Assembly: GCA_035626155.1 (NCBI GenBank)
Contig: DASPOF010000089.1
Location: forward strand, 10,828 to 74,827
DNA from: Candidatus Binataceae bacterium
GTDB lineage: Bacteria; Desulfobacterota; Binatia; Binatales; Binataceae
DNA: 64,000 nt
Reading direction: 5' to 3'
Shown: piece by piece, positions 40,555 to 48,967 of the stretch
How positions within the stretch are numbered: position 1 is the first letter of the stretch
Layout of the letters: each line of letters begins with the position of its first letter
Notes under the pieces: generated by a model
Seen by the model: only the letters and a program-made list of their open reading frames with translations
The model's database searches: none
What the model was told of the DNA's origin: nothing
Position numbers and translations under genes: made by a program

Positions 40555-41724
40555 TCAGCCGAGCGCCGCCAGCAGCAGACCGGTCAGATATTCGCCCTCG
40601 ACGTGGCCGAGAAGCACGGGATGATCGGGGCCCGCTCCCAGATGCGCGAGCAGGCGCATCATGCGGCCCGCGCGAGTCTGCCCGATTCGGACCGCGCGTA
40701 TGAAATCCTCTCCGCGCACGTGCGCCGAGCAACTGAAGGTCATAAGTCGCCCGCCGGGCGCGAGCACTTTCATCGCGAGCGTGTTCAGCTCCGCATAAAG
40801 CCGCCCAGCGCGCTCCGCATCGGCGCGGCTTCGGGCGAGCGGCGGCGGGTCGAGCACGACGAGATCGAAGCGCCGATCGGTCTCTGCCATGTACCGGGCC
40901 GCCTCGCCATGGACGAACTCGGCGCCGTCGCGTGAGTGTCCGTTAAGTTCGAGGTTGCGCCGCGCCCAGTCCAACGCGCGCGCCGACGTATCGATCGCGA
41001 CCACCTGCGACGCTCCACCCGCCAGCGCCGCCAGCGCGAATCCGCCGCCATAGCAGTACGCATCGAGCACTCGCGCGCCGCGGGCAAGCTCGCCCGCCCG
41101 CGCGTGATTCTCGCGCTGGTCGAGGAACGCGCCGGTCTTCTGGCCGTGGACGAAATCGACCACGAACTTGATGCCGTTTTCGGTCGCGATTGTCTCCGCG
41201 ATCGTTTCCCCCGCAAGCACCCCGTCGCGATCGTCGAGGCCCTCCTGTTTTCGCACTGCGCCGCGGCTGCGTTCGATTATCGCGCGAGGACCGGCCAGCT
41301 CGCCGATGGACCCGGCCAACGCCTCGCGCATGCGGTCGGCGCCCGCAGTGAGCAGTTGCAAGACGATGACATCGCGATAGCGATCGGCCACCACGCCCGG
41401 AAGTCCGTCGCCCTCGCCGTTGACGAGGCGATACGCATCGGTGTCATCGCGGACCAGCGCGCGCCTCAAGGCGAGCGCCGCCTTGAGGCGGCGCTCGATA
41501 AGGTCCGCGCCCGGCGCGCCCCACGCGAGCATCCGGACCGCGATCGTGGTGTTGGGGTTGTAATAGCCGGCGCCGAGCAGGTCGCCGCCCGCATCGCGCA
41601 CCTCGACTTGCGTGCCCGGCTCGATGCCGGCGGGCTCGACGCGTCCGATCGCCTGCGAAAATATCCACGGATTTCCGCCGCGTACTGGGCCATCGCGGCC
41701 GGGGCGAAGATAGACCACGCTCAT
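40555..41724 (-). CDS. rlmI: 23S rRNA m5C methyltransferase RlmI-like class I SAM-dependent methyltransferase
   Basis: PUA-like N-terminus and a Rossmann methyltransferase core (VLDAYCYGGGFAL ... DLVVLDPPP). Confidence 0.7.
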   Translation of the reverse strand: MSVVYLRPGRDGPVRGGNPWIFSQAIGRVEPAGIEPGTQVEVRDAGGDLLGAGYYNPNTTIAVRMLAWGAPGADLIERRLKAALALRRALVRDDTDAYRLVNGEGDGLPGVVADRYRDVIVLQLLTAGADRMREALAGSIGELAGPRAIIERSRGAVRKQEGLDDRDGVLAGETIAETIATENGIKFVVDFVHGQKTGAFLDQRENHARAGELARGARVLDAYCYGGGFALAALAGGASQVVAIDTSARALDWARRNLELNGHSRDGAEFVHGEAARYMAETDRRFDLVVLDPPPLARSRADAERAGRLYAELNTLAMKVLAPGGRLMTFSCSAHVRGEDFIRAVRIGQTRAGRMMRLLAHLGAGPDHPVLLGHVEGEYLTGLLLAALG

Positions 41725-41797
41725 CGGGACATTGCGCTCAGCCGCCGCCGAACCCATCGGTTTCCTCTGATTGCGCGCTCGGCGCGCAGCACCCCGT

Positions 41798-42349
41798 TCA
41801 GCGCAAGGGCGATTGGTCCTCGCCGGAGCGTATGAATTCGCCGCTGCGCCCGCCGCGCTTGCTCACCAGCCGAATCGGACCGATCACCATCGCGCGATCG
41901 ATCGCCTTGGCCATGTCGTAAATGGCGAGCGCGGCGACGCTGGCCGCGGTCATCGCCTCCATCTCGACGCCCGTGCGCGCGCTGGTTGCAGCACGCGCCT
42001 CGATTTCGATCGACGATTTCGCCCGGTCGGGGCGAAAGCTCACCTCGACGACTTCGAGCGGGATTTGATGGCAGAGCGGGATGAGATCGTGGGTGCGCTT
42101 GGCGGCCATGATGCCCGCGATCCGCGCCGCCGCGAGCGCCTCGCCCTTCTTGAGCTTGCCGCCGGCGATCGCATCGAGTGTCGCACGCGCCATCGCGATG
42201 CGTCCGCGCGCGACCGCCTCGCGCCGCGTGACCGGCTTCTCGCCCACATCGACCATCGCGATCCGTCCGCGGGCGTCAAGATGCGTGAGCGTCGCGCGCG
42301 GCGCTCGTCCGGCCAAGCGCCCTGAACTCTTCTGTTTCTTGCTCCCCAT
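41798..42349 (-). CDS. moaC: cyclic pyranopterin monophosphate synthase
   Basis: LTHLDARGRIAMVDVGEKPVTRREAVARG...DLIPLCHQIPL. An N-terminal extension may mean a later true start. Confidence 0.9.
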   Translation of the reverse strand: MGSKKQKSSGRLAGRAPRATLTHLDARGRIAMVDVGEKPVTRREAVARGRIAMARATLDAIAGGKLKKGEALAAARIAGIMAAKRTHDLIPLCHQIPLEVVEVSFRPDRAKSSIEIEARAATSARTGVEMEAMTAASVAALAIYDMAKAIDRAMVIGPIRLVSKRGGRSGEFIRSGEDQSPLR

Positions 42350-42436
42350 CGCGGCAGCGGATAAGAGCTTATGTTGGCCACCTGCTCATATACAATAAAC
42401 TTCACGGGTTTGGACCGAATTCCGCGAGCGAAACCT

Positions 42437-43378
42437 ATGGCAGATGAAGCAAATCGGGTTGTGATTCTTGGCTCCGGACCGGCGGGATTGACCGCCGCCA
42501 TATACACCGCGCGCGCAAACCTGACGCCGTTGGTCGTCGAGGGCCTGGAGCCCGGCGGGCAGCTCACGATCACCACCGAGGTCGAGAACTACCCGGGCTT
42601 CGAAAATGGAATTCAGGGCCCCGAGATGATGGAGGTGTTCCGGCGCCAGGCGGCCAGGTTCGGGACCCGGTTCCTCACGGGCGAGGTCACCGAGGCGCGT
42701 CTTAACCGGTGGCCGTTCGAACTTGTCGTGGATGGCACCGCGGTCGCGGGCGAGACCCTCATCATTGCGACCGGCGCCTCGGCCAAGTTGCTCGGCATCG
42801 AATCCGAAAAACGGCTCATGGGTTACGGAGTGAGCGCATGCGCGACCTGCGATGGCGCATTCTTCAAGGGCAAGGAGGCGGTGGTCGTCGGCGGCGGCGA
42901 CACCGCGATGGAGGAGGCGATGTTTCTGACCCGGTTCTGCTCCAAGGTGACGATCGTCCATCGCCGCGACTCGCTGCGCGCATCGAAGATCATGCAGGAC
43001 CGTGCGCGCAAGAACCCGAAGATCGCCTTCGTGTGGGACTGCGTGATTAATGAGATTTTCGGCGAGCAGAAAACCGGCGTGAGCCGCGTCCGGCTGAAGA
43101 ACGTGAAGACCGGCCAGACCAGCGACTTCAAGACCGACGCGGTTTTTATGGCGATCGGGCATCAGCCCAATACCGCCATTTTCAGGGGCCAGCTAAAGAC
43201 CGACGAAACCGGCTACCTGGTCGTCCGGCCCGGCTCGACATATACCAGCATCGACGGCGTGTTCGCGGCCGGCGACGTGGCCGATCACGTGTACCGCCAG
43301 GCAATAACGGCCGCCGGCAGCGGCTGCATGGCGGCCATCGATGCCGAGCGCTGGCTCGAAGCCCGCCACGCGGCCTAG
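42437..43378 (+). CDS. trxB: thioredoxin-disulfide reductase
   Basis: ILGSGPAGLTAAIYTARA ... CATCDGAFF redox-active disulfide ... GDTAMEEA. Confidence 0.92.
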   Translation: MADEANRVVILGSGPAGLTAAIYTARANLTPLVVEGLEPGGQLTITTEVENYPGFENGIQGPEMMEVFRRQAARFGTRFLTGEVTEARLNRWPFELVVDGTAVAGETLIIATGASAKLLGIESEKRLMGYGVSACATCDGAFFKGKEAVVVGGGDTAMEEAMFLTRFCSKVTIVHRRDSLRASKIMQDRARKNPKIAFVWDCVINEIFGEQKTGVSRVRLKNVKTGQTSDFKTDAVFMAIGHQPNTAIFRGQLKTDETGYLVVRPGSTYTSIDGVFAAGDVADHVYRQAITAAGSGCMAAIDAERWLEARHAA

Positions 43379-43503
43379 CGCTTCGGCCGCAGAGCACCGT
43401 TCCCTCGACAAGTAGGCGGGGAACCGGCGTCTATGTTAAGAGGGGAACCAGCTTAGGGGCCCAGCCTCATCGGCGCGCCACCGCAGAAAAGAGGAATATC
43501 GCG

Positions 43504-44505
43504 ATGCTACGAACGCCAATCTGCGATTATTTTGGAATCGAGTACCCGATCCTGCTTGCCGGAATGGGCGGGGTCGCGATGCATAAGCTGACCGCCGCAG
43601 TGTCGAACGCAGGCGGCCTGGGCGTGCTCGGGGCGGCATCGCTGATGCCCGAAGAATTGCGCGCGGAAATCCGCAAGATCCGCGAACTTACCGACAAGCC
43701 GTTTGCGGTGGACCTGCTCGTGCCGCTTCCCGAGATGCTGCGGCCGTATCTGCCGATCATGTTCGAGGAGAAGGTCAAGATTTTCGTGGCGGGACTGGCA
43801 GTGCCGGCCGAGGCCGTCCAGACCATGCACGATCACGGGATGAAGATCGTCGTAATGTGCGGCAAGGTTCATCACGGCGAAAAATCGCAGGCGGCGGGCG
43901 CCGATGTGGTCGTCGCGCAAGGCACCGAGGCGGGCGGGCATACCGGCGAGGTCGGCCTGATGTCGCTGCTTCCGCAGATGGTTCGCGCGGTTAAGATTCC
44001 GGTTCTCGCCGCAGGTGGAATCGCGCATGGCAGCCAGGTGGCGAGCGCGCTCATGCTGGGCGCCCAGGGCGTCGTGGTGGGGACGCGGTTCGTTGCAACT
44101 AACGAGGCGCAGGCTGCGCGGGTCTATCAGGAGCGGATTCTGGCCGCCGGCGATGACTCCACGTTGCGGACGCGATGTTACACGGGCAAGCCGTGCCGCG
44201 TGCTTCGCACCTCGTATGCGCTCGAATGGGAGCGCGATCCCTCGAAGATCAAGCCGTTCCCGCAGCAGGGGATGATCTCGCGCGACAACAAGGTGATGAA
44301 TTACTCGGGGCGCGGCGAAGGCCCTTGCGATCCGGACCGCACCTTCATGCCCACCGGTCAGAGCGCGGGCCTGATTAAGGAAATCAAACCGGCGGCGGAA
44401 GTCTTTTCCGATTTGGTCCGAGAAGCTATCGAGACATTCAAGAGCGCGCAAAGATTTCTCGCTGACGATACGCGCGAAAAATTCTCCGCCGCGCCGGCGC
44501 GCTGA
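43504..44505 (+). CDS. nitronate monooxygenase-like (NMO/2-nitropropane dioxygenase family) FMN oxidoreductase
   Basis: ILLAGMGGVA...AGGLGVLGAA ... VVAQGTEAGGHTG ... AAGGIAHGSQVA. Confidence 0.75.
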   Translation: MLRTPICDYFGIEYPILLAGMGGVAMHKLTAAVSNAGGLGVLGAASLMPEELRAEIRKIRELTDKPFAVDLLVPLPEMLRPYLPIMFEEKVKIFVAGLAVPAEAVQTMHDHGMKIVVMCGKVHHGEKSQAAGADVVVAQGTEAGGHTGEVGLMSLLPQMVRAVKIPVLAAGGIAHGSQVASALMLGAQGVVVGTRFVATNEAQAARVYQERILAAGDDSTLRTRCYTGKPCRVLRTSYALEWERDPSKIKPFPQQGMISRDNKVMNYSGRGEGPCDPDRTFMPTGQSAGLIKEIKPAAEVFSDLVREAIETFKSAQRFLADDTREKFSAAPAR

Positions 44506-44669
44506 ACTTTAGTGGGGCTCCTCGTGATTGGACCCATCGAGGCGCCGCTTCATCGCAACGTGATCAATCTGCGGTCGAGCGCGATCCAACGCGCCGTCGT
44601 GCTCGCGCATCGCTCGCGCTCAGGTTTAGACTCGCCCTCCTGCTGACATTCGCAGACCTATGTTGCGTG

Positions 44670-44701
44670 CCTCCCGGCGTTTAGAATTGAACGCCGGGAG
44701 G
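44670..44701. terminator. 12-bp perfect-stem hairpin between convergent genes (candidate bidirectional terminator or REP-like element)
   Basis: CCTCCCGGCGTT-tagaattg-AACGCCGGGAGG. No strong U-tract on either side. Confidence 0.45.
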
Positions 44702-44724
44702 ACGCCTAAGTCCGCGTGGTTCAT

Positions 44725-44904
44725 TCAGGCGAGTGACAACAGCGAGCTTACAATATAGGCGACGGTCAGAAGCCCGAATGCGAGTCCCGGCAGTTCGCTC
44801 AAGAAGCTGTTCTGAGCGTAAGCGATGTACTCGGTGGGTTCCTCCGCGGGACGGCTCGCGCTTAATCCAGTGAGTCTGATTTGGCCTTTAATCGATGCGT
44901 TCAT
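44725..44904 (-). CDS. small tail-anchored membrane protein, paralogue B (59 aa)
   Basis: MNASIKGQIRLTGLSASRPAEEPTEYIAYAQNSFLSELPGLAFGLLTVAYIVSSLLSLA. GGAGGA ribosome-binding site 7 nt upstream, hydrophilic N-terminus, single C-terminal TM. Confidence 0.6.
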   Translation of the reverse strand: MNASIKGQIRLTGLSASRPAEEPTEYIAYAQNSFLSELPGLAFGLLTVAYIVSSLLSLA

Positions 44905-44940
44905 GATGGATTCCTCCGCTCGATAATTTGTATGGTTCGG

Positions 44941-45117
44941 TTAAGCCAGGGAGAGCAGGGAGCTGACAATGTAGGCCAGCGTCAGCAGGCCGAAGACCGC
45001 TCCCGGCAGTTCGCTGAGCCAGCTGTATTGCGCGATGCGAACGTAGTCGGTCGCTTCCGCAGCCTCTTCCGCCCTCGCGAACCCAGCAAGCCTCGCCTCG
45101 TTAGTCGTCGCGTTCAT
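44941..45117 (-). CDS. small tail-anchored membrane protein, paralogue A (58 aa)
   Basis: MNATTNEARLAGFARAEEAAEATDYVRIAQYSWLSELPGAVFGLLTLAYIVSSLLSLA. AGGGAGG ribosome-binding site upstream. By-eye alignment to paralogue B is about 60% identical overall and about 85% identical across the last ~27 residues, which span the SELPG motif and the C-terminal TM. Track ORF 44941..45156 starts 13 codons earlier. Confidence 0.6.
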   Translation of the reverse strand: MNATTNEARLAGFARAEEAAEATDYVRIAQYSWLSELPGAVFGLLTLAYIVSSLLSLA

Positions 45118-45435
45118 GTTGAATGCCTCCCGTACGTGATAATCTAAGGGAGGCATTAAGCAACGGCTATGCCATCGAAAAACTCTCGATTTTCAAAGGG
45201 GAAGGGATTTCGCAGCCTGTGCATAATTTTCGTGCAATAGTGAGAAAAGCCGCAAAATCTCTAGACTTTTCCGATAATCGCAATTTGCGAGTGGCGAAAT
45301 CTTATAACCGTGATGTCTGAGACATATTCCTAAAATGCAAATGCACGCAGGCCAGAGACTGCGGCGATCACCGCAGTCAATTGCAGGCTGAAATCAGTTC
45401 TTTGATGCTCCGTACCTATCTGCGAGAGAATCCCG

Positions 45436-46200
45436 ATGCCGACAGACAGCGATGCTGAACAACCCGCCTCTTCGACCAGTAAATCCACCGGAGCGCTGAC
45501 CGCGGCGACCGGGCCGTTGACCGCTCCGCAGCCGCGGCGCGCTCACATCAGCCCCCGGTCTCTGGTCCGCCTCGGCGAGCAGATAATTTTTCTGACCGCC
45601 GTCATCGGTGCGGTTGCTCTCGGACTGGGAATCACCGACTACATCCGCGAGCATCGCTACGTAGCCGCCTACCTGCTTGCCTACGTGGGGTTCCGATTGG
45701 CGGAGCTGGTCGTGGACGACCATCCCGGCAATCGCGACGGCGCCGACCATCGCGCGCGGCGGGTTTTGGACGAATTCCCGGTATTAATCCTGTTCGCAGC
45801 CGCGCCATTCGAGCGGACCTTTTATACGGGCGATGCGCCGGCGTGGCTCGGTGCGCTCGGGCTGCTTCTCCAGCTCGGAGGTTTATGGCTCGCGCTCGGG
45901 TCGCGGGTGCAGATTCACTTTTTCTCGGAGGATAGTACCGGCCGCGAGCATGCGGTGCTGGTCACGACGGGCTTCTACCGCTACGTGCGCCATCCGGTGT
46001 ACGCGGGGAGGATGCTGGTATTGGTTGCGTGGCCGCTGGTGTACGGCGCGCCGATCGTCGCCCTGATTACGATCGTAATCTCCGTGGTCGTGGCGCGCCG
46101 GCAGGTGACCGCCGACGAGCAGGTGCTGCTGAAGCGTTTCGGCACGGAGTACGAGGAGTACCGCCGCCGCACCGACGCTCTCATCCCGAGCATCTGGTGA
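45436..46200 (+). CDS. isoprenylcysteine carboxyl methyltransferase (ICMT/PEMT)-family membrane methyltransferase
   Basis: Multi-TM protein ending VLVTTGFYRYVRHPVYAGRML...EEQVLLKRFGTEYEEYRRRT, carrying the RHPxY-...-E-E ICMT signature. Confidence 0.7.
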   Translation: MPTDSDAEQPASSTSKSTGALTAATGPLTAPQPRRAHISPRSLVRLGEQIIFLTAVIGAVALGLGITDYIREHRYVAAYLLAYVGFRLAELVVDDHPGNRDGADHRARRVLDEFPVLILFAAAPFERTFYTGDAPAWLGALGLLLQLGGLWLALGSRVQIHFFSEDSTGREHAVLVTTGFYRYVRHPVYAGRMLVLVAWPLVYGAPIVALITIVISVVVARRQVTADEQVLLKRFGTEYEEYRRRTDALIPSIW

Positions 46201-46247
46201 GCGTCCCGCTCACGGCGCCGATCCGATTCGTGCGGGTGCGGCGCAAG

Positions 46248-46805
46248 TCAGCGGCGCGCGATAAGTTGGCATTCGGCGAGCGAGCAGTACGATTCGCCCG
46301 CCGGTGAGCTTACGAACTCGCGCCCGCATCCCGCGCATCGCATGAGCGACTCGCCCGGCCTGAGCATCGCGTCGAGCCTGCGCGCCGAATCGCCGGCGAT
46401 CTGGCCCCGCGCGCCCATGTTGGCGAGTTCGTCGGCGCGGTTGTTGAGCGCGTCGTCCGCGTGCCCTCTCACCCATTCGAACTCGACATCGCGCAGTTGC
46501 GCCTCGTGGTCGAGCTGCTCCCACAAGTCGAGATTCTTGTTGCGCTTCCAGCCAAGCTTCATCGTGTTGATGACGTACTGGCTGTCGCTGCGCAGGACGA
46601 CCCTGGCGCCGCTCTCGACATGACGCAGTCCCTGGATGGCTGCGGTCAGCTCCATTTTGTTGTTGGTGGTGTGCGCGGCGGCGCCGTGGAGTTCGCGCCT
46701 GCGGCCGCCGGGTTCGATGATCACGACGCCCCATCCGCCCGGCCCCGGATTCCCGATGCATGCGCCGTCGGCGTAAACGAGGTAGTGGCCGTTGCCCGCT
46801 GTCAC
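46248..46805 (-). CDS. rnhA: ribonuclease HI with a C-terminal Cys-rich extension
   Basis: YADGACIGNPGPGGWGVV ... TNNKMELTAAIQGL ... DSQYV ... WVRGHADDALNNRADELA, then CAGCGREFVSS...CSLAEC. Confidence 0.9.
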   Translation of the reverse strand: MTAGNGHYLVYADGACIGNPGPGGWGVVIIEPGGRRRELHGAAAHTTNNKMELTAAIQGLRHVESGARVVLRSDSQYVINTMKLGWKRNKNLDLWEQLDHEAQLRDVEFEWVRGHADDALNNRADELANMGARGQIAGDSARRLDAMLRPGESLMRCAGCGREFVSSPAGESYCSLAECQLIARR

Positions 46806-46811
46806 GTTTAT

Positions 46812-48317
46812 CTATGCACCCGCACGAGCGCGGCGCAGTTTCTCAAACCATTCGAGATAGGCGGCTGCGGCGCGGGACCACGAAAAGTCGGCCCGGAAGC
46901 AATTCGCCATCAACTTCCGCCAAAGCGGCGGATCGGCGAACACTTTCACCATCCGCGCGAGCGCGCCCACGAGCGCATCGGGCTCGTACTTTTCGAAGAC
47001 AAAGCCGTTGCCTGACACCGATGCGGGATCGAACTCGACGACCGTGTCGCGCAGGCCGCCGGTTGCGCGGACCACCGGCGCGGTCCCGTATTTGAGCGCA
47101 TACATCTGCGTGAGGCCGCACGGCTCGAATCGCGACGGCATCAGGAACGCATCGCTGCCCGCCTGGATTCGATGGGCGAGCGAGTTGTCGAACTCGATAA
47201 TCACCCGCAGGCGCTCGCGATGGCGCGCCTCGGCGGCCCGGTAGGCCTGCTCCAGCTTCGGATCGCCGCTGGCCAGCATCACGAGCTGCAAGTCGAGCTT
47301 CATCACCGCCTCGATCGCATCGCGCAGCAGGTCGAGCCCCTTCTGCGACGTGAGCCGGGTGACCATCCCGACCAGCGGGCGATCGTCCCAGGGCGGAAGT
47401 TCGACCGACTGGCGCAAATCGCGCGTGCATACTCGTTTGCCGCCGGGCCTGGCGGGCGTGAATTGCGCGGGGATCATCGGGTCGTGCGCGGGATCCCACT
47501 CGGTATAGTCCGCGCCGTTGAGAATCCCGATGAAGCGCTCGCCCTTATGCCTGAGCACGCCCTCCAGCCCGAAGCCGAGTTCGGGATCCTCGGTCACTTC
47601 GCGCGCATAGGTCGGGCTAACCGTCGAGACGCCGTCGGCGAGCACTACCGCGCCCTTCATCAGGTTTACCCGCCCGTAGAACTCAAGCCCATCGATCGTG
47701 AAGTAGGAGCCGTCGATTCCGAGCAGCGGAAAATTCTTCGCATCGAACAAGCCCTGGAAGGCGAGATTGTGAATCGTGAAGACGACCAGCGCGCGCGCGA
47801 AGCGTTCGCTGAGCGCCCGATCGGCGCGCATCACGATCGGCGCGGCCGCGGCGTGCCAGTCGTGCGCGTGCACCACGTCGGGACTGACGAGTTCAGCCGC
47901 GGCGGCTGCGGCGGCGCGCCCGAAGAAGATGAATCGCTCGATATTGTCCGGGTAGTCGGCGCCCTTCTCGCCGTAAACGCCATCGCGGCCGAAGTATCCC
48001 GGGTGATCGATCAGGTAGAGCACGACGCCACCGGGCGCCTGCGCTCGCAGCACGCGGAAAGCCCGCGGCTTGCCGCCGATTAGCGCTGACATCGGACTGC
48101 CAACTGGAGCCGGCGCAAGCTTGCTCACGATCGACTTGTAGGCGGGGAGAAACACGGACACGTCCGCGCCCGCGCCGGCGAGCGCGCCCGGCAATGCGCC
48201 GATCACGTCGGCCAGGCCGCCGACCTTGGCCCAGGGCGAAATCTCGGCCGCGACGATCGCGATTTTCTGCTTTATTTGAGGGGAAATAGCGGTTGCACCC
48301 CAGATTTTGCTGCTCAA
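46812..48317 (-). CDS. glgA: glycogen synthase
   Basis: KIAIVAAEISPWAKVGGLADV (GT5 N-terminus KTGGLGDV-like) and a GT-B C-terminal domain. Confidence 0.9.
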   Translation of the reverse strand: MSSKIWGATAISPQIKQKIAIVAAEISPWAKVGGLADVIGALPGALAGAGADVSVFLPAYKSIVSKLAPAPVGSPMSALIGGKPRAFRVLRAQAPGGVVLYLIDHPGYFGRDGVYGEKGADYPDNIERFIFFGRAAAAAAAELVSPDVVHAHDWHAAAAPIVMRADRALSERFARALVVFTIHNLAFQGLFDAKNFPLLGIDGSYFTIDGLEFYGRVNLMKGAVVLADGVSTVSPTYAREVTEDPELGFGLEGVLRHKGERFIGILNGADYTEWDPAHDPMIPAQFTPARPGGKRVCTRDLRQSVELPPWDDRPLVGMVTRLTSQKGLDLLRDAIEAVMKLDLQLVMLASGDPKLEQAYRAAEARHRERLRVIIEFDNSLAHRIQAGSDAFLMPSRFEPCGLTQMYALKYGTAPVVRATGGLRDTVVEFDPASVSGNGFVFEKYEPDALVGALARMVKVFADPPLWRKLMANCFRADFSWSRAAAAYLEWFEKLRRARAGA

Positions 48318-48519
48318 TTTCTGCGTGCGCGCTCCATATTATCGGGGGCCGGAGCGCAAGACAATTTGATTGCTTCGCAAAGCCCGCGCCTGGGAGCGAG
48401 TCGATCGCGTTCACGTGACGCAGGAAGAGAGCTAGCATCTTGACTTGGGTGTGGCGCGCCGGCAACTTTCCAAGGCGGGATGGATCTCGCAGCTTGAAAA
48501 TGACGGAAGTGGCGCGGGA

Positions 48520-48852
48520 ATGAGACTTCTTCGTCCTATCGGCGGCTCGCGGCGGGCGCGGAAACTCGCGACCGTCGCGGCGATCCTGCTGCTGCTCGCT
48601 CAATCGCTGAGCGTCGCGCACTATCATCCGCTTCCCATCCAAAGCAAGATTTCGGCGAGCTTGGCCGCCGGCGACGACGGCGTGTGCTCGCTTTGCCTGT
48701 TTCACTTTCATTCTCCCACCGTGTCGGCTTCTTCGCTCTCGCTTACGATTCCGGCAGCGATGCGCAAGGTTCGGCCGCTGGCCGGAGCTATCGAGCTTCG
48801 CCGCGGCTTCGACTCTCATCTGTTCGGCCGGGCACCGCCCGCGTCGGTCTGA
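48520..48852 (+). CDS. small secreted Cys/His-rich protein (DUF2946-like) upstream of a TonB-dependent receptor
   Basis: Signal-peptide-like MRLLRPIGGSRRARKLATVAAILLLLAQSLSVA, then HYHP ... CSLC ... HFHSP motifs. Confidence 0.4.
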   Translation: MRLLRPIGGSRRARKLATVAAILLLLAQSLSVAHYHPLPIQSKISASLAAGDDGVCSLCLFHFHSPTVSASSLSLTIPAAMRKVRPLAGAIELRRGFDSHLFGRAPPASV

Positions 48853-48967
48853 ACTCATCCGCTTCGTAAATTTGGACTAGAAGTGCGCGGCCTCGGCCGC
48901 GCGCGGGCCCGTATTTGGGCGGCGGCGCCGCCGCTTTTCGGGTCGCGACAGAGCGAGGATTTGACCG

